From the NCBI GenBank assembly GCA_963734535.1, contig CAVTHS010000008.1, positions 96,001-160,000 of the forward strand: a DNA stretch of 64,000 nt, in the 5' to 3' direction. The notes below the pieces were generated by a model. That model ran no database searches and had not been told where the DNA came from. It saw nothing but the letters and a program-made list of their open reading frames with translations. This document shows positions 40,097 through 48,515 of this stretch, in pieces. Source of the stretch: an uncultured Chloroflexia bacterium (GTDB lineage: Bacteria > Chloroflexota > Limnocylindria > Limnocylindrales > CSP1-4). The number at the start of each line of letters is the position of its first letter. Position 1 is the stretch's first letter. The translations under genes were made by a program, and so were the position numbers.

Positions 40097-40981
40097 GTGT
40101 CCAGCGAGTCCGGCCGCGCCAACCGCGAGCCCGGCTCCGCGACCGGCGCCGGACCGGTGCCGGCGATCCGCCTCGAAGGCATCCGGTTTGCGTTCTCCGT
40201 CGACGGCCATCACACCGACGTGATCGGCGGGCTGGACCTCGAGATTGCGCCCCGCTCGATCGTGGCGCTGGTAGGCCCGAACGGCTGCGGCAAGAGCACG
40301 CTCCTGCGCGTCATCGCCGGCCTCCTCCCGGCGCGCACGGGCAGCGTCGAGGTCGAGGGACGGCCCGTCGCCGGCCCCGACTCGCGGGTCGGCCTCGTCT
40401 TCCAGGAGCCGCGCCTCCTCCCCTGGCGGTCCGCATTCGCGAATGTGGCATTTCCGCTCGAGGTCGCGGGCCGCGACCGCGCGGCACGTGAGCGCCGGGT
40501 CACGGACCTGCTGGGCCTCGTTGGCCTGCGGGACTGGAGCCGCGCACGGCCGGCTGAGCTCTCCGGGGGCATGCGCCAGCGAGTCGCGATCGCCCGCGCG
40601 CTCGCCCTCGAGCCGGCGGTCCTCCTGCTCGACGAGCCATTCAGCGCGCTCGACGCGCTCACCCGCGAGCGCTTCAACGTGGAGCTCCTCCGGCTCTGGG
40701 AGCGCATTGGCGCGACGATCGTGCTCGTGACCCACTCGATCGCCGAGGCGGTCTTCCTCGCCGACCGCGTCCTCGTCCTCTCGCCGAGGCCCGCCCAGCT
40801 CGTTGCCGACGTGGCCGTGGATCTGCCGCGTCCCCGCCGGCCGGGCGACCTGGACGCCGCCGCTGTCACACGGACCGCGGCGGAGATCCGGGCGCACCTC
40901 GAGGGCGCGACCGACGACGCGTTCTCGATCGCGACCGGCGACGTCCCGGCGCATCCGCAGCCCGAGCAGGCGATCCCATGA
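40097..40981 (+). CDS. ABC transporter ATP-binding protein (SsuB/TauB type)
   Basis: GPNGCGKS, LSGGMRQR, LLLDEPF, VTH; GGAGGT RBS; -10 TAGACT at 40037. Confidence 0.93.
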   Translation: MSSESGRANREPGSATGAGPVPAIRLEGIRFAFSVDGHHTDVIGGLDLEIAPRSIVALVGPNGCGKSTLLRVIAGLLPARTGSVEVEGRPVAGPDSRVGLVFQEPRLLPWRSAFANVAFPLEVAGRDRAARERRVTDLLGLVGLRDWSRARPAELSGGMRQRVAIARALALEPAVLLLDEPFSALDALTRERFNVELLRLWERIGATIVLVTHSIAEAVFLADRVLVLSPRPAQLVADVAVDLPRPRRPGDLDAAAVTRTAAEIRAHLEGATDDAFSIATGDVPAHPQPEQAIP

Positions 40982-41733
40982 TCACCCGCGACCGGGTCGT
41001 GCCGCCCCTGTTGGCGCTCGCCGCGTTCCTGGCCGGCTGGCAGCTGCTCGTGATCGCGGGCAACTACCCAACCTTCATCCTGCCCGGACCGGTCGTCGTC
41101 GGCCAGAAGTTCGTGGCCGCCTGGACCGACGGCACGATGGCGCCCCACGTGGTCACGACGCTCGCCGAGATCGGGCTCGGGTTCGCCGCAGGGGCGGTTG
41201 CAGGGATGCTGTCCGGCTACGTCCTCGCACGCTCGCGCCTTGCCAACCGGGTCGCCTCGCCGTACCTCGTGGCCGCCCAGGCGGTGCCCATCCTCGCGCT
41301 TGCACCGCTCATGGCGCTCTGGTTCGGGAGCGGGCTCTTCGCGCACGCGGTCATCGTCGCGCTGATCGTCTTCTTCCCGGTCGCGATCAGCACCGTCGTG
41401 GCTGTCCAGGGGGTCGATCGACGACTCCTGGAGATGGCCCGCAGCTACCGCGTCACCCGCGGCCAGCGCCTCCGGATGGTCGAGCTTCCCGCCGCGCTGC
41501 CCGGAATCCTTGGCGGGCTCCGGATCGGCGTGACGCTCTCCGTCGTGGGTGCGATCGTCGCGGAATGGACCGGCGGCGAGACGGGTCTGGGCGTCCTGAT
41601 CAACCTGGCCCGGGGAAGCCTGTTCGACATCCCGCTCCTCTTCGCCACGCTCCTCACCATCGCCCTGATCGGTGTCGCGCTGTACAGCGGGGTCGTGCTA
41701 GTGGAACGGCACTACGCGATCCCGGCGGCCTGA
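40978..41733 (+). CDS. ABC transporter permease (SsuC type, RibX-like)
   Basis: ILPGP, QAVPILALAPL, LPAALP, IVAEW, GLG. Confidence 0.92.
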   Translation: MITRDRVVPPLLALAAFLAGWQLLVIAGNYPTFILPGPVVVGQKFVAAWTDGTMAPHVVTTLAEIGLGFAAGAVAGMLSGYVLARSRLANRVASPYLVAAQAVPILALAPLMALWFGSGLFAHAVIVALIVFFPVAISTVVAVQGVDRRLLEMARSYRVTRGQRLRMVELPAALPGILGGLRIGVTLSVVGAIVAEWTGGETGLGVLINLARGSLFDIPLLFATLLTIALIGVALYSGVVLVERHYAIPAA

Positions 41734-41840
41734 TCGCGGCCCGGCCGCACGGAAGCAGGTGCCCCGCGGCCGGATCGCACTGCGGCCGGATCGCACGGAC
41801 ACCGTGGCCGGGCCACAGGCGCACCCGTGCTACCCTTCGA

Positions 41841-42002
41841 GGGCCTTCGGGGCAGGGTGCAATTCCCGACCGGTGGTCCGGCCCCGCGATGTGTCGCGGG
41901 GCGAGCCCACGAGCGGATCGGCGCGAGCCGGGACGCAGATCCCGGGGCGGCGGAGACGCCGCCCGGCGGGAGCCGACGGTCAGAGTCCGGATGAGAGAAG
42001 GC
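41841..42002 (+). promoter_or_regulatory. FMN riboswitch (RFN element)
   Basis: Conserved blocks CTTCGGGGCAGGGTGCAATTCCCGACCGGTGGT, AGCCCACGAGC, GCAGATCC, GCCGACGGT...AGTCCGGATGAGAGAAG; extended -10 TGcTACCCT at 41828-41836. Confidence 0.95.
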
Positions 42003-42077
42003 GGGCCGCGAGCGCTTTCGGCGTTCGCGGCGCAGAGCGTGCCGGGCCCCGGGCCGTGCTGTTCACGGAGGACCAGG

Positions 42078-43121
42078 ATGCCGGCCAGCCAGACCCCGCT
42101 TCGTGCAGCGTGCGCGCTGCTGGGAGCCCTTTCCCTCGTCGTGGCCGCGTGCAGCGGCGGTGCTTCGGCAAGCGCGGCGTCCTCCCCCACCCCGGTCGCG
42201 CCCGTGAAGCTGGTGGTCGGCCTGGGCTACATCCCGAACGTCCAGTTCGCCCAGTTCTACCTCGCGGACCAGGCCGGCTACTACCGCGACGCGGGCCTCC
42301 AGGTCGAGTTCCAGAACAAGATCGACCCCGAGCTGGTGACGCTGGTGGGACAGGGCGCTGTCGACGTCGGCATCTCGGACGGCACGAGCGTGATCCCGGC
42401 CGTCAGCCAGGGTATCCCGATCCGCTACGTCTTCACGGTCTTCGCCCAGTTCCCGAACGTCGTCTTCTCGAAGGCGAGCACCGGAATCGCGACGGTCGCA
42501 GACCTGAAGGGCCGGAAGGTCGGCATTCCCGGCAAGTTCGGCTCCAGCTGGATCCAGCTCGAGGCGCTCGCGGCTGGCGCCGGTCTGTCGACGGCGGACC
42601 TGTCGCTCGTGCTCTTCCCGGATTTCGGCCAGCTCGCCGCGCTGGAAAAGGGCGCCGTCGACGCTGCCTCGGGGTTCGCGAACAACGAGCCGATCCGGCT
42701 CGAGCTCGGCGGCGAGAAGGCGAACGTGCTCGCGCTCCCGCCTGCGAACCAGCTGCCGGGCCCCGGCCTGATCGTGAGCACGGCCACGCTGAACGGCCCG
42801 AAGAAGGACGCCCTCCGGGCGTTCGTGACCGCGACCCAGCACGCGATGCGCGACATCGAGTCCGATCCGCAGAAGGGCGTCGACGCCGCGATCGCCCGGA
42901 TCCCGGAGCTGGCGACCGACCGGCCAGCCCAGCTCGCGGTCCTGCAGGCGACGATCGCCCTGTGGGAGAGCGACTACACCCGCGCGAACGGCATGGGCGC
43001 GGTGGACCCGGCGCTCTGGGAGCGCTCGATCACGTTCATGGCCGGCCTGCCCGACAAGCTCCTCGCGAAGCCGGTCACGGCGGCGGACTGCATCAGCAGC
43101 GCGCTCGTCGCGGCACCCTGA
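42078..43121 (+). CDS. ABC substrate-binding lipoprotein (NMT1/THI5 family), probable riboflavin binding (RibY-like)
   Basis: Lipobox VAAC; GYIPNVQFAQFYLA, GYY, NNEP; directly behind the FMN riboswitch. Confidence 0.9.
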   Translation: MPASQTPLRAACALLGALSLVVAACSGGASASAASSPTPVAPVKLVVGLGYIPNVQFAQFYLADQAGYYRDAGLQVEFQNKIDPELVTLVGQGAVDVGISDGTSVIPAVSQGIPIRYVFTVFAQFPNVVFSKASTGIATVADLKGRKVGIPGKFGSSWIQLEALAAGAGLSTADLSLVLFPDFGQLAALEKGAVDAASGFANNEPIRLELGGEKANVLALPPANQLPGPGLIVSTATLNGPKKDALRAFVTATQHAMRDIESDPQKGVDAAIARIPELATDRPAQLAVLQATIALWESDYTRANGMGAVDPALWERSITFMAGLPDKLLAKPVTAADCISSALVAAP

Positions 43122-43218
43122 CAGGGCAGCGCGGCGCGGCCCTGTCCGGCCTTGACGGGGACACGCAAACGCGCCGACCGGGATCGGTCGGCGCGTCCGC
43201 GGCGAGGAGGAGCGAGGG

Positions 43219-43782
43219 TCAGGCGGCGGCGCTCACGAGCGGGCGATCGGCCGGGACCGCGGCCAGCTCGTCGGCCGCGACCTCGAGCTCGATCGTCACG
43301 TCGTCGGAGACGAGCCAGCCGCCGGCCTCGAGGCCCACGTTCCAGGTGAGGCCCCAGTCGGAGCGCTTGATCCTGGTGGTGGCCTCGAAGCCGGCGTGAC
43401 GCCGACCGTCCATCGCGGCGACGATGCCGAGGTGCTCCGTGTCGAGGACGACGGAGCGGGTCACCCCGTGCATCGTCAGGTCGCCCGTGATCGCCCAGCG
43501 ATCGCCCTTCTGCACGATCGAGGTGCTCTTGAAGGTGAGCGTCGGGAACGTCTCGGCGTCGAGGAAGTCGGCGGAGCGCAGGTGGTTGTCGCGCGGCTCC
43601 ATGCCCGTCTCGATGTTCGCGGCCGGGATCACGACGCTGACCGAGGACGCCGTGGGATTCGCCTCGTCGAAGTCGATCGTGCCGGTGACGCCCTTGAAGA
43701 TGCCCCGGACCTTGGTGATCATCATGTGCTTGGCGGTGAAGCTCACGTCCGTATGGGCGGTGTCGATCTGCCAGGTGTTCAT
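43219..43782 (-). CDS. yceI: YceI family protein
   Basis: WQIDTAH, RDNHLRSADF, GDLTMHGVT, RSDWGL. Confidence 0.93.
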   Translation of the reverse strand: MNTWQIDTAHTDVSFTAKHMMITKVRGIFKGVTGTIDFDEANPTASSVSVVIPAANIETGMEPRDNHLRSADFLDAETFPTLTFKSTSIVQKGDRWAITGDLTMHGVTRSVVLDTEHLGIVAAMDGRRHAGFEATTRIKRSDWGLTWNVGLEAGGWLVSDDVTIELEVAADELAAVPADRPLVSAAA

Positions 43783-43834
43783 TGCGGTGTCTCTGCTTCC
43801 CTGTTGCCGACTGCGGTTCGCGTCCGGCCTGTGT

Positions 43835-43881
43835 TAGTTGACTACGCAACCATATCACGTCATAGTTGCGCATGCAACCAT
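43835..43881. promoter_or_regulatory. Two putative MarR operators between the divergent yceI and marR genes
   Basis: TAGTTG-N6-CAACCAT at 43835-43853 and 43863-43881, each with an internal GTTG/CAAC palindrome. Confidence 0.75.
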
Positions 43882-43950
43882 TGACTCGCACGAAGCGAAC
43901 CACCCTGGATTGGGGTTTCCCGATCCGCCGTCACCGCGTAGGATCCCGCA

Positions 43951-44457
43951 ATGACCGAGACCGCCGACCGTCCCGTCGTCGAGCTGCCGTTTCCGAGCGC
44001 CGACGACCCGCGCCTCCGGGCGTGGATCGCGTTCCTTCGCGCGCACGCCGCGGTCACGCGGCGGCTCGAGGCGGAGCTCCACGCGGAGCGCGAGCTCGGG
44101 CTCGCCGAGTACGACGCGCTGGTCCAGCTCGCGTTCGCCGACAACCGGCGCCTCCGCATGAGCGAGCTCGCGGAACGCGTCGTGCTCTCCCGCAGCGGTG
44201 TTTCGCGGCTCGTCGATCGCCTCGAGGCGACGGGCCTCGTTGCGCGCGCGGCATGCGCGGACGACGCGCGCGTCTCGTGGGCCACGCTCACCGATGCGGG
44301 ATACGCGCGACTCCGGGACGCCTCGCCGATCCACCTGCGCGGCGTCGAGACGCACTTCCTGGCCCAGATCGCGGACGACGATCGCGAGGCGCTGGTCCGC
44401 GCCCTCGAGACGGTGGTCCGTGGGCTCCGCTCCCGTGGGCCAGTGGCGGCAGCATAG
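43951..44457 (+). CDS. MarR family transcriptional regulator
   Basis: LRMSELA, SRSGVSRLVDRLE, DDAR, LTDAG. Confidence 0.93.
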   Translation: MTETADRPVVELPFPSADDPRLRAWIAFLRAHAAVTRRLEAELHAERELGLAEYDALVQLAFADNRRLRMSELAERVVLSRSGVSRLVDRLEATGLVARAACADDARVSWATLTDAGYARLRDASPIHLRGVETHFLAQIADDDREALVRALETVVRGLRSRGPVAAA

Positions 44458-44500
44458 GCGGCACCCGACGCCTGACGACACCTCCAACCCGCCACCTCCC

Positions 44501-45256
44501 GTGAGCAGCGGCAGCCTCCGCGTGGGGACGAGCGGCTTCGCCTACCCTGCCTGGGCGCCGGCCTTCTACCCGGCCGGGACCCGGGACAGCGCGCTCCTGC
44601 CGGCATACGCCGCCCGGCTCCCCGCCGTCGAGCTGAGCACGACCTACTACCGCCAGCCGACCTCGGCCCAGGCTGCCGCGTGGGCATCCCGCACCCCGCC
44701 GACCTTCCGCTTCAGCGTGAAGCTGCTGCGCACCGGGGTCCTCCGCGCCTACGGGGGCGATCCGGCCGATACGCTTGCGTGGCTCACCGAACCCCTCGGG
44801 GCGTTCGGGGAGAGGCTCGGCACGGCGCTCCTCCGGATCCCCGACGATCGGCCGCGCGACGATGCTCGTCTCGCGGCGCTGCTGGCCGCGTGGCCGGCTG
44901 CGACGCCGCTGGCGCTCGAGCTGCAGAATCCCGCCTGGCACGACGACGAGGTCTTCGCGATCGCCGGTGCGCACGGCGCCGTGGTGGTCTGCACGGAGAC
45001 GGACGAGGCGCCGAATCCGCCGCTGACCGTGACCGGGCCGTTCGTCTATCTCCGGCTCCGCCGTGAGCGCTACGGGAGCGCCGACCTCGACGCGTGGGCG
45101 GCGCGCCTCGAGCCCTTCCTCGCCGACGGTCGCGACGCGTTCGTCTTCTTCCGACATGACGCGCACGGCGCCACGCCCGGCGACGCCATCTCGCTTGCCG
45201 CACGGCTTCCCGGGTACGCGGCCGGCGGCGATCCCAGGGGTCGCGCCGGGACATGA
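44501..45256 (+). CDS. DUF72 domain protein
   Basis: VGTSGFAY, FYP, VELSTTYY, FRFSVK, YLRLR. Confidence 0.9.
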   Translation: MSSGSLRVGTSGFAYPAWAPAFYPAGTRDSALLPAYAARLPAVELSTTYYRQPTSAQAAAWASRTPPTFRFSVKLLRTGVLRAYGGDPADTLAWLTEPLGAFGERLGTALLRIPDDRPRDDARLAALLAAWPAATPLALELQNPAWHDDEVFAIAGAHGAVVVCTETDEAPNPPLTVTGPFVYLRLRRERYGSADLDAWAARLEPFLADGRDAFVFFRHDAHGATPGDAISLAARLPGYAAGGDPRGRAGT

Positions 45257-46611
45257 TGGCATCCGCTCGGGTCGTGGCCGCGTTCCTCGCGTCGACGATT
45301 CTCGTGGTCTCGTGCGCGGCACCCGGCCCCAGGACCACATCGGTGCCGGCGACCGCGCCGGTGCCGGCGACCGCGCCGGTGCCGGCGACCACATCGGTGC
45401 CGGCGACCGCGCCGGCCGGGTCGGGCGGGTCTCCGATCGCGTCGTCCTCGCCGGCCCGGACCTCCTCGACGACCTCCGCCTGGGCGCCGCCGGCCCTCAT
45501 GCTCTCGGTCGTCGTGGCCGGGCTGCAGCGTCCGCTCTGGGTGGGCAGCGCCGGGGACGGCAGCGGTCGCCTGTTCGCGGTGGAGCAGGCAGGCACGATC
45601 CGCGTGATCCGGGATGGCCGGCTGCTGGGCCAGCCGTACCTCGACCTGCGGGACCGCGTCTCCTCGGGCGGCGAGCGCGGCCTGCTGGGACTTGCCTTCG
45701 CACCGGAGTTCGCGCGGGACGGCCGCTTCTTCGTCGACGCGACCGATCCCGACGGGAACACGTTCGTGGCCGAGTACCGGGCGCCGAACCCGGCCGCGGA
45801 CGTCGCTGCGGCGACGGATGTCGCTGCGGCGACGGATGTCGCTGCGGCGACGGATGTCGCTGCGGCGACGGGGCGAGTGATCCTGCGGATCGCGCAACCG
45901 TTCCCGAACCACAACGGGGGCGGCATCATCGCCCGCCCGGACGGCACCCTCTGGATCGGGACCGGTGACGGCGGGTCGGGCGGCGACCCGCTGGGGAACG
46001 GCCAGGCGCGGACGACGCTGCTCGGCAAGCTCCTGCGGATCGATCCGACCGCGGCCGGTGACGCGCCGTACACGATCCCCCTTGATAACCCGTTTGCCGG
46101 CCAATCCGACGTCCGCGGCGAGATCTGGGCGTTCGGCCTGCGGAACCCCTGGCGTTTCTCGTTCGACCGGGCCACCGGAGATCTCTGGATCGGTGACGTC
46201 GGGCAGGGCCGCTGGGAGGAGGTGGACCGCGTCCGCGCCGGCGAGGCGGGCGGCCGCAACTTCGGGTGGAACGTGATGGAAGGCCGGCATTGCTTCTCCC
46301 CCGCCGCCAGCTGCCCCACGGCGGGCCTCACGCTCCCCGTCGCGGAGTACGACCACGACCAGGGCTGCGCGATCACCGGCGGCTTCGTCTATCGCGGCGC
46401 GGCGATCCCGTCGCTCGTCGGCACGTACCTGTATGCCGATTCGTGCTCGGGCCGCCTGTGGGGGCTCGACGCGTCGGCCGACGACCCGGAACCACGGCTG
46501 CTCGCGAGCACCGGTGCGAGCATCGCCTCGTTCGGCGAGGACGATGCCGGCGAGCTCTACGTGGCGGACATCGGGGGCGGGACGATCTCGCGAATCGTCG
46601 CTGCACCGTAA
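45253..46611 (+). CDS. PQQ-dependent glucose/sorbosone dehydrogenase family lipoprotein
   Basis: GERGLLGLAF, NHNGG, GDGG, GKLLRID, GLRNPWRFSFD, GDVGQ. Confidence 0.92.
   Translation: MMASARVVAAFLASTILVVSCAAPGPRTTSVPATAPVPATAPVPATTSVPATAPAGSGGSPIASSSPARTSSTTSAWAPPALMLSVVVAGLQRPLWVGSAGDGSGRLFAVEQAGTIRVIRDGRLLGQPYLDLRDRVSSGGERGLLGLAFAPEFARDGRFFVDATDPDGNTFVAEYRAPNPAADVAAATDVAAATDVAAATDVAAATGRVILRIAQPFPNHNGGGIIARPDGTLWIGTGDGGSGGDPLGNGQARTTLLGKLLRIDPTAAGDAPYTIPLDNPFAGQSDVRGEIWAFGLRNPWRFSFDRATGDLWIGDVGQGRWEEVDRVRAGEAGGRNFGWNVMEGRHCFSPAASCPTAGLTLPVAEYDHDQGCAITGGFVYRGAAIPSLVGTYLYADSCSGRLWGLDASADDPEPRLLASTGASIASFGEDDAGELYVADIGGGTISRIVAAP
45799..45870 (+). repeat. In-frame 18-bp tandem repeat x4 (DVAAAT)
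   Basis: GAYGTCGCTGCGGCGACG four times inside the dehydrogenase gene. Confidence 0.9.
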
Positions 46612-46699
46612 CCCCCGGGTCGCGGGACCGCGGCCCGGGCGAGCGGCTGCCACGCATCGGCGCGGACGCGGCAGCCCGCGCCGCCGGACCGATTTCCGG

Positions 46700-47503
46700 T
46701 CAGGCGCGAAGGGTTCCCTCGACGCGCGTCACGGCCCGGCCGGCGACACCCACGCGGTCGTGTCGGAGGATGACGTCCACGACGCCGCCGCGATCCGAGA
46801 CCTGGAGCGCCCGGAACGAATCGCCGAGGCGCGGCGCCCAGAACGCGGCGAGCGCGCAGTGGGCCGAGCCGGTCACGGGATCCTCGGGGATCCCGTCTGC
46901 CGGGCAGAAGTAGCGCGAGACGATCGCGGCACCCGGCACGTCGGAGAGCGCCGTGGCGATGAGCCCGTCGGGGAGGGACCGCAGCCAGGCCTGATCAGGC
47001 ACCAGCCGCCGGACGTCGTCCGCCGACGCCAGCTCGACGAGCAGGTTCGTGGCGCCGCTGCCCACGAAGACGGGCTGGGAGCCGAGCGCGGCCTCCAGTC
47101 CCTCGGGCGGCTCCGCCTTACGGACCCGGTCGACCGGGAGATCCAGCTCGATCCGGCGGTCGGCGACCTGCACGGCCGACAGCGCGCCGCTCCGCGTCAG
47201 GAAGCGCGCCGGCTCTCCCTCCGCGAGCCGGCCGCTCTCCCAGAGCACGTGGGCGCTGGCGAGCGTGGCGTGGCCGCACAGGTCCACCTCGACGGTCGGC
47301 GTGAACCAGCGGAGGTTCCACGCTCCGCGGCCGGCCGGCCCGACGAAGGCCGTCTCCGAGTGGCGCAGCTCCGCGGCGACCGCCTGGCGCCAGGCATCGT
47401 CGCGGGGCTCGTCGAGGAGCACCACTCCGGCCGGGTTGCCGGTGAACGGAGGCTCGGCGAAGGCGTCGACGATGAACACGGGAAATCCTGCGGGAAGTGA
47501 CAC
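46700..47503 (-). CDS. PhzF family protein
   Basis: VDAF, GNPAGV, SETAF, LRWFTP, LCGHATLA, EDPVTGSAH. Confidence 0.93.
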   Translation of the reverse strand: MSLPAGFPVFIVDAFAEPPFTGNPAGVVLLDEPRDDAWRQAVAAELRHSETAFVGPAGRGAWNLRWFTPTVEVDLCGHATLASAHVLWESGRLAEGEPARFLTRSGALSAVQVADRRIELDLPVDRVRKAEPPEGLEAALGSQPVFVGSGATNLLVELASADDVRRLVPDQAWLRSLPDGLIATALSDVPGAAIVSRYFCPADGIPEDPVTGSAHCALAAFWAPRLGDSFRALQVSDRGGVVDVILRHDRVGVAGRAVTRVEGTLRA

Positions 47504-47546
47504 TCCCCGCAGGATAGCGGCGCTCCGGGCGTGGTGTCCGTGGGCG

Positions 47547-48320
47547 TCAGTCGATGAGGTAGACGACGCTCACGGTCACGTCGACCTCGTTCGTGCCGAC
47601 CTGGACGGGCGTGGACGGGGCGGCCGCGTCCTTGGCCCCGCCTGCCTGGAGGTAGGGCATCGGGACCGGGACCGACCCGGACTGCTCGCTGATCGACGAG
47701 ACACCCGTGATCGAGACGCCGGCGGCCTTGGCGAGCGCATCCGCCTTGGCCCGCGCGTTCTTCATCGCCGCATCGCGGGCCTGCGCCTCGGGCGATGTCG
47801 GGTCGTCGACGCGGAAGGTGATGCCGTCGAGCGTGGTGGCCCCCGCGGCGAGGGCGCCGTCGATCACGTCGGAGATCGTGTCGAGCTTCCGAACGGTCGC
47901 GGAGACCGAGTTCACGATCTGGTAGCCGGTGAGGCGCGGCGCGTTGCCGTTGGAGTAGTCGTAGACCGGCTGGAGGGAGAGCGACGTCGTCTGGATGTCC
48001 TTGTCGGCGATGCCGTTCTTCTTGAGCGAGGCGATGACGCCGGCCATCGCGGTCGCGGCAGCCGCCTGGGCATCGCGGACCTTGGTGCGCGTGAGCGTGA
48101 CCCCGACGCGGACGTCGGCGACGTCCGGCGTGGTGGTGACACGCCCGATGCCGCTCACGCTGATCGTGTGCTCGGGCGTCGTGGTCGTGCCATCCACCGC
48201 GCGGGCGGGCCGCATCGCAAGGGCCGGGCCGAACGCGACGGCGAGGGCGAGACCGGCGAACGCCCCGACGGCGAGCCAGCCGAGGCGGGGTCGGGTCGTG
48301 GAACCGGTGAGCGAGGTCAT
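47547..48320 (-). CDS. SIMPL (DUF541) domain protein
   Basis: Signal peptide, ISVSGIG, PDVA, DIQT, LQPVY, ARAKADALA; AAGGAG RBS. Confidence 0.9.
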   Translation of the reverse strand: MTSLTGSTTRPRLGWLAVGAFAGLALAVAFGPALAMRPARAVDGTTTTPEHTISVSGIGRVTTTPDVADVRVGVTLTRTKVRDAQAAAATAMAGVIASLKKNGIADKDIQTTSLSLQPVYDYSNGNAPRLTGYQIVNSVSATVRKLDTISDVIDGALAAGATTLDGITFRVDDPTSPEAQARDAAMKNARAKADALAKAAGVSITGVSSISEQSGSVPVPMPYLQAGGAKDAAAPSTPVQVGTNEVDVTVSVVYLID

Positions 48321-48515
48321 GGAGGGGCTCCTTCGGGCGGGCTGCCAGGGTGGCAGGCGGCGGGTCCGGACCCCTGACGCACTCGACCGTCGATCGGTTC
48401 CGCGGTCGACGTCGCGGCCTAGCGCCGCCAACCCACCGCCGACCGGCCGCGGCTCTCCGCCGACCGGCCGCGGCCCCGCCCCGCGACATGGCCCGGCCGC
48501 GACGTGTGCCTCTGG

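Noticed and set aside
39498-40491. ORFs overlapping the structured RNA (39498-39842, 39608-39862, 39859-40491 and minus-strand ones)
   Set aside because: Translations merely mirror the repeated CCGCAAGG (PQG) and have no RBS or recognisable domain
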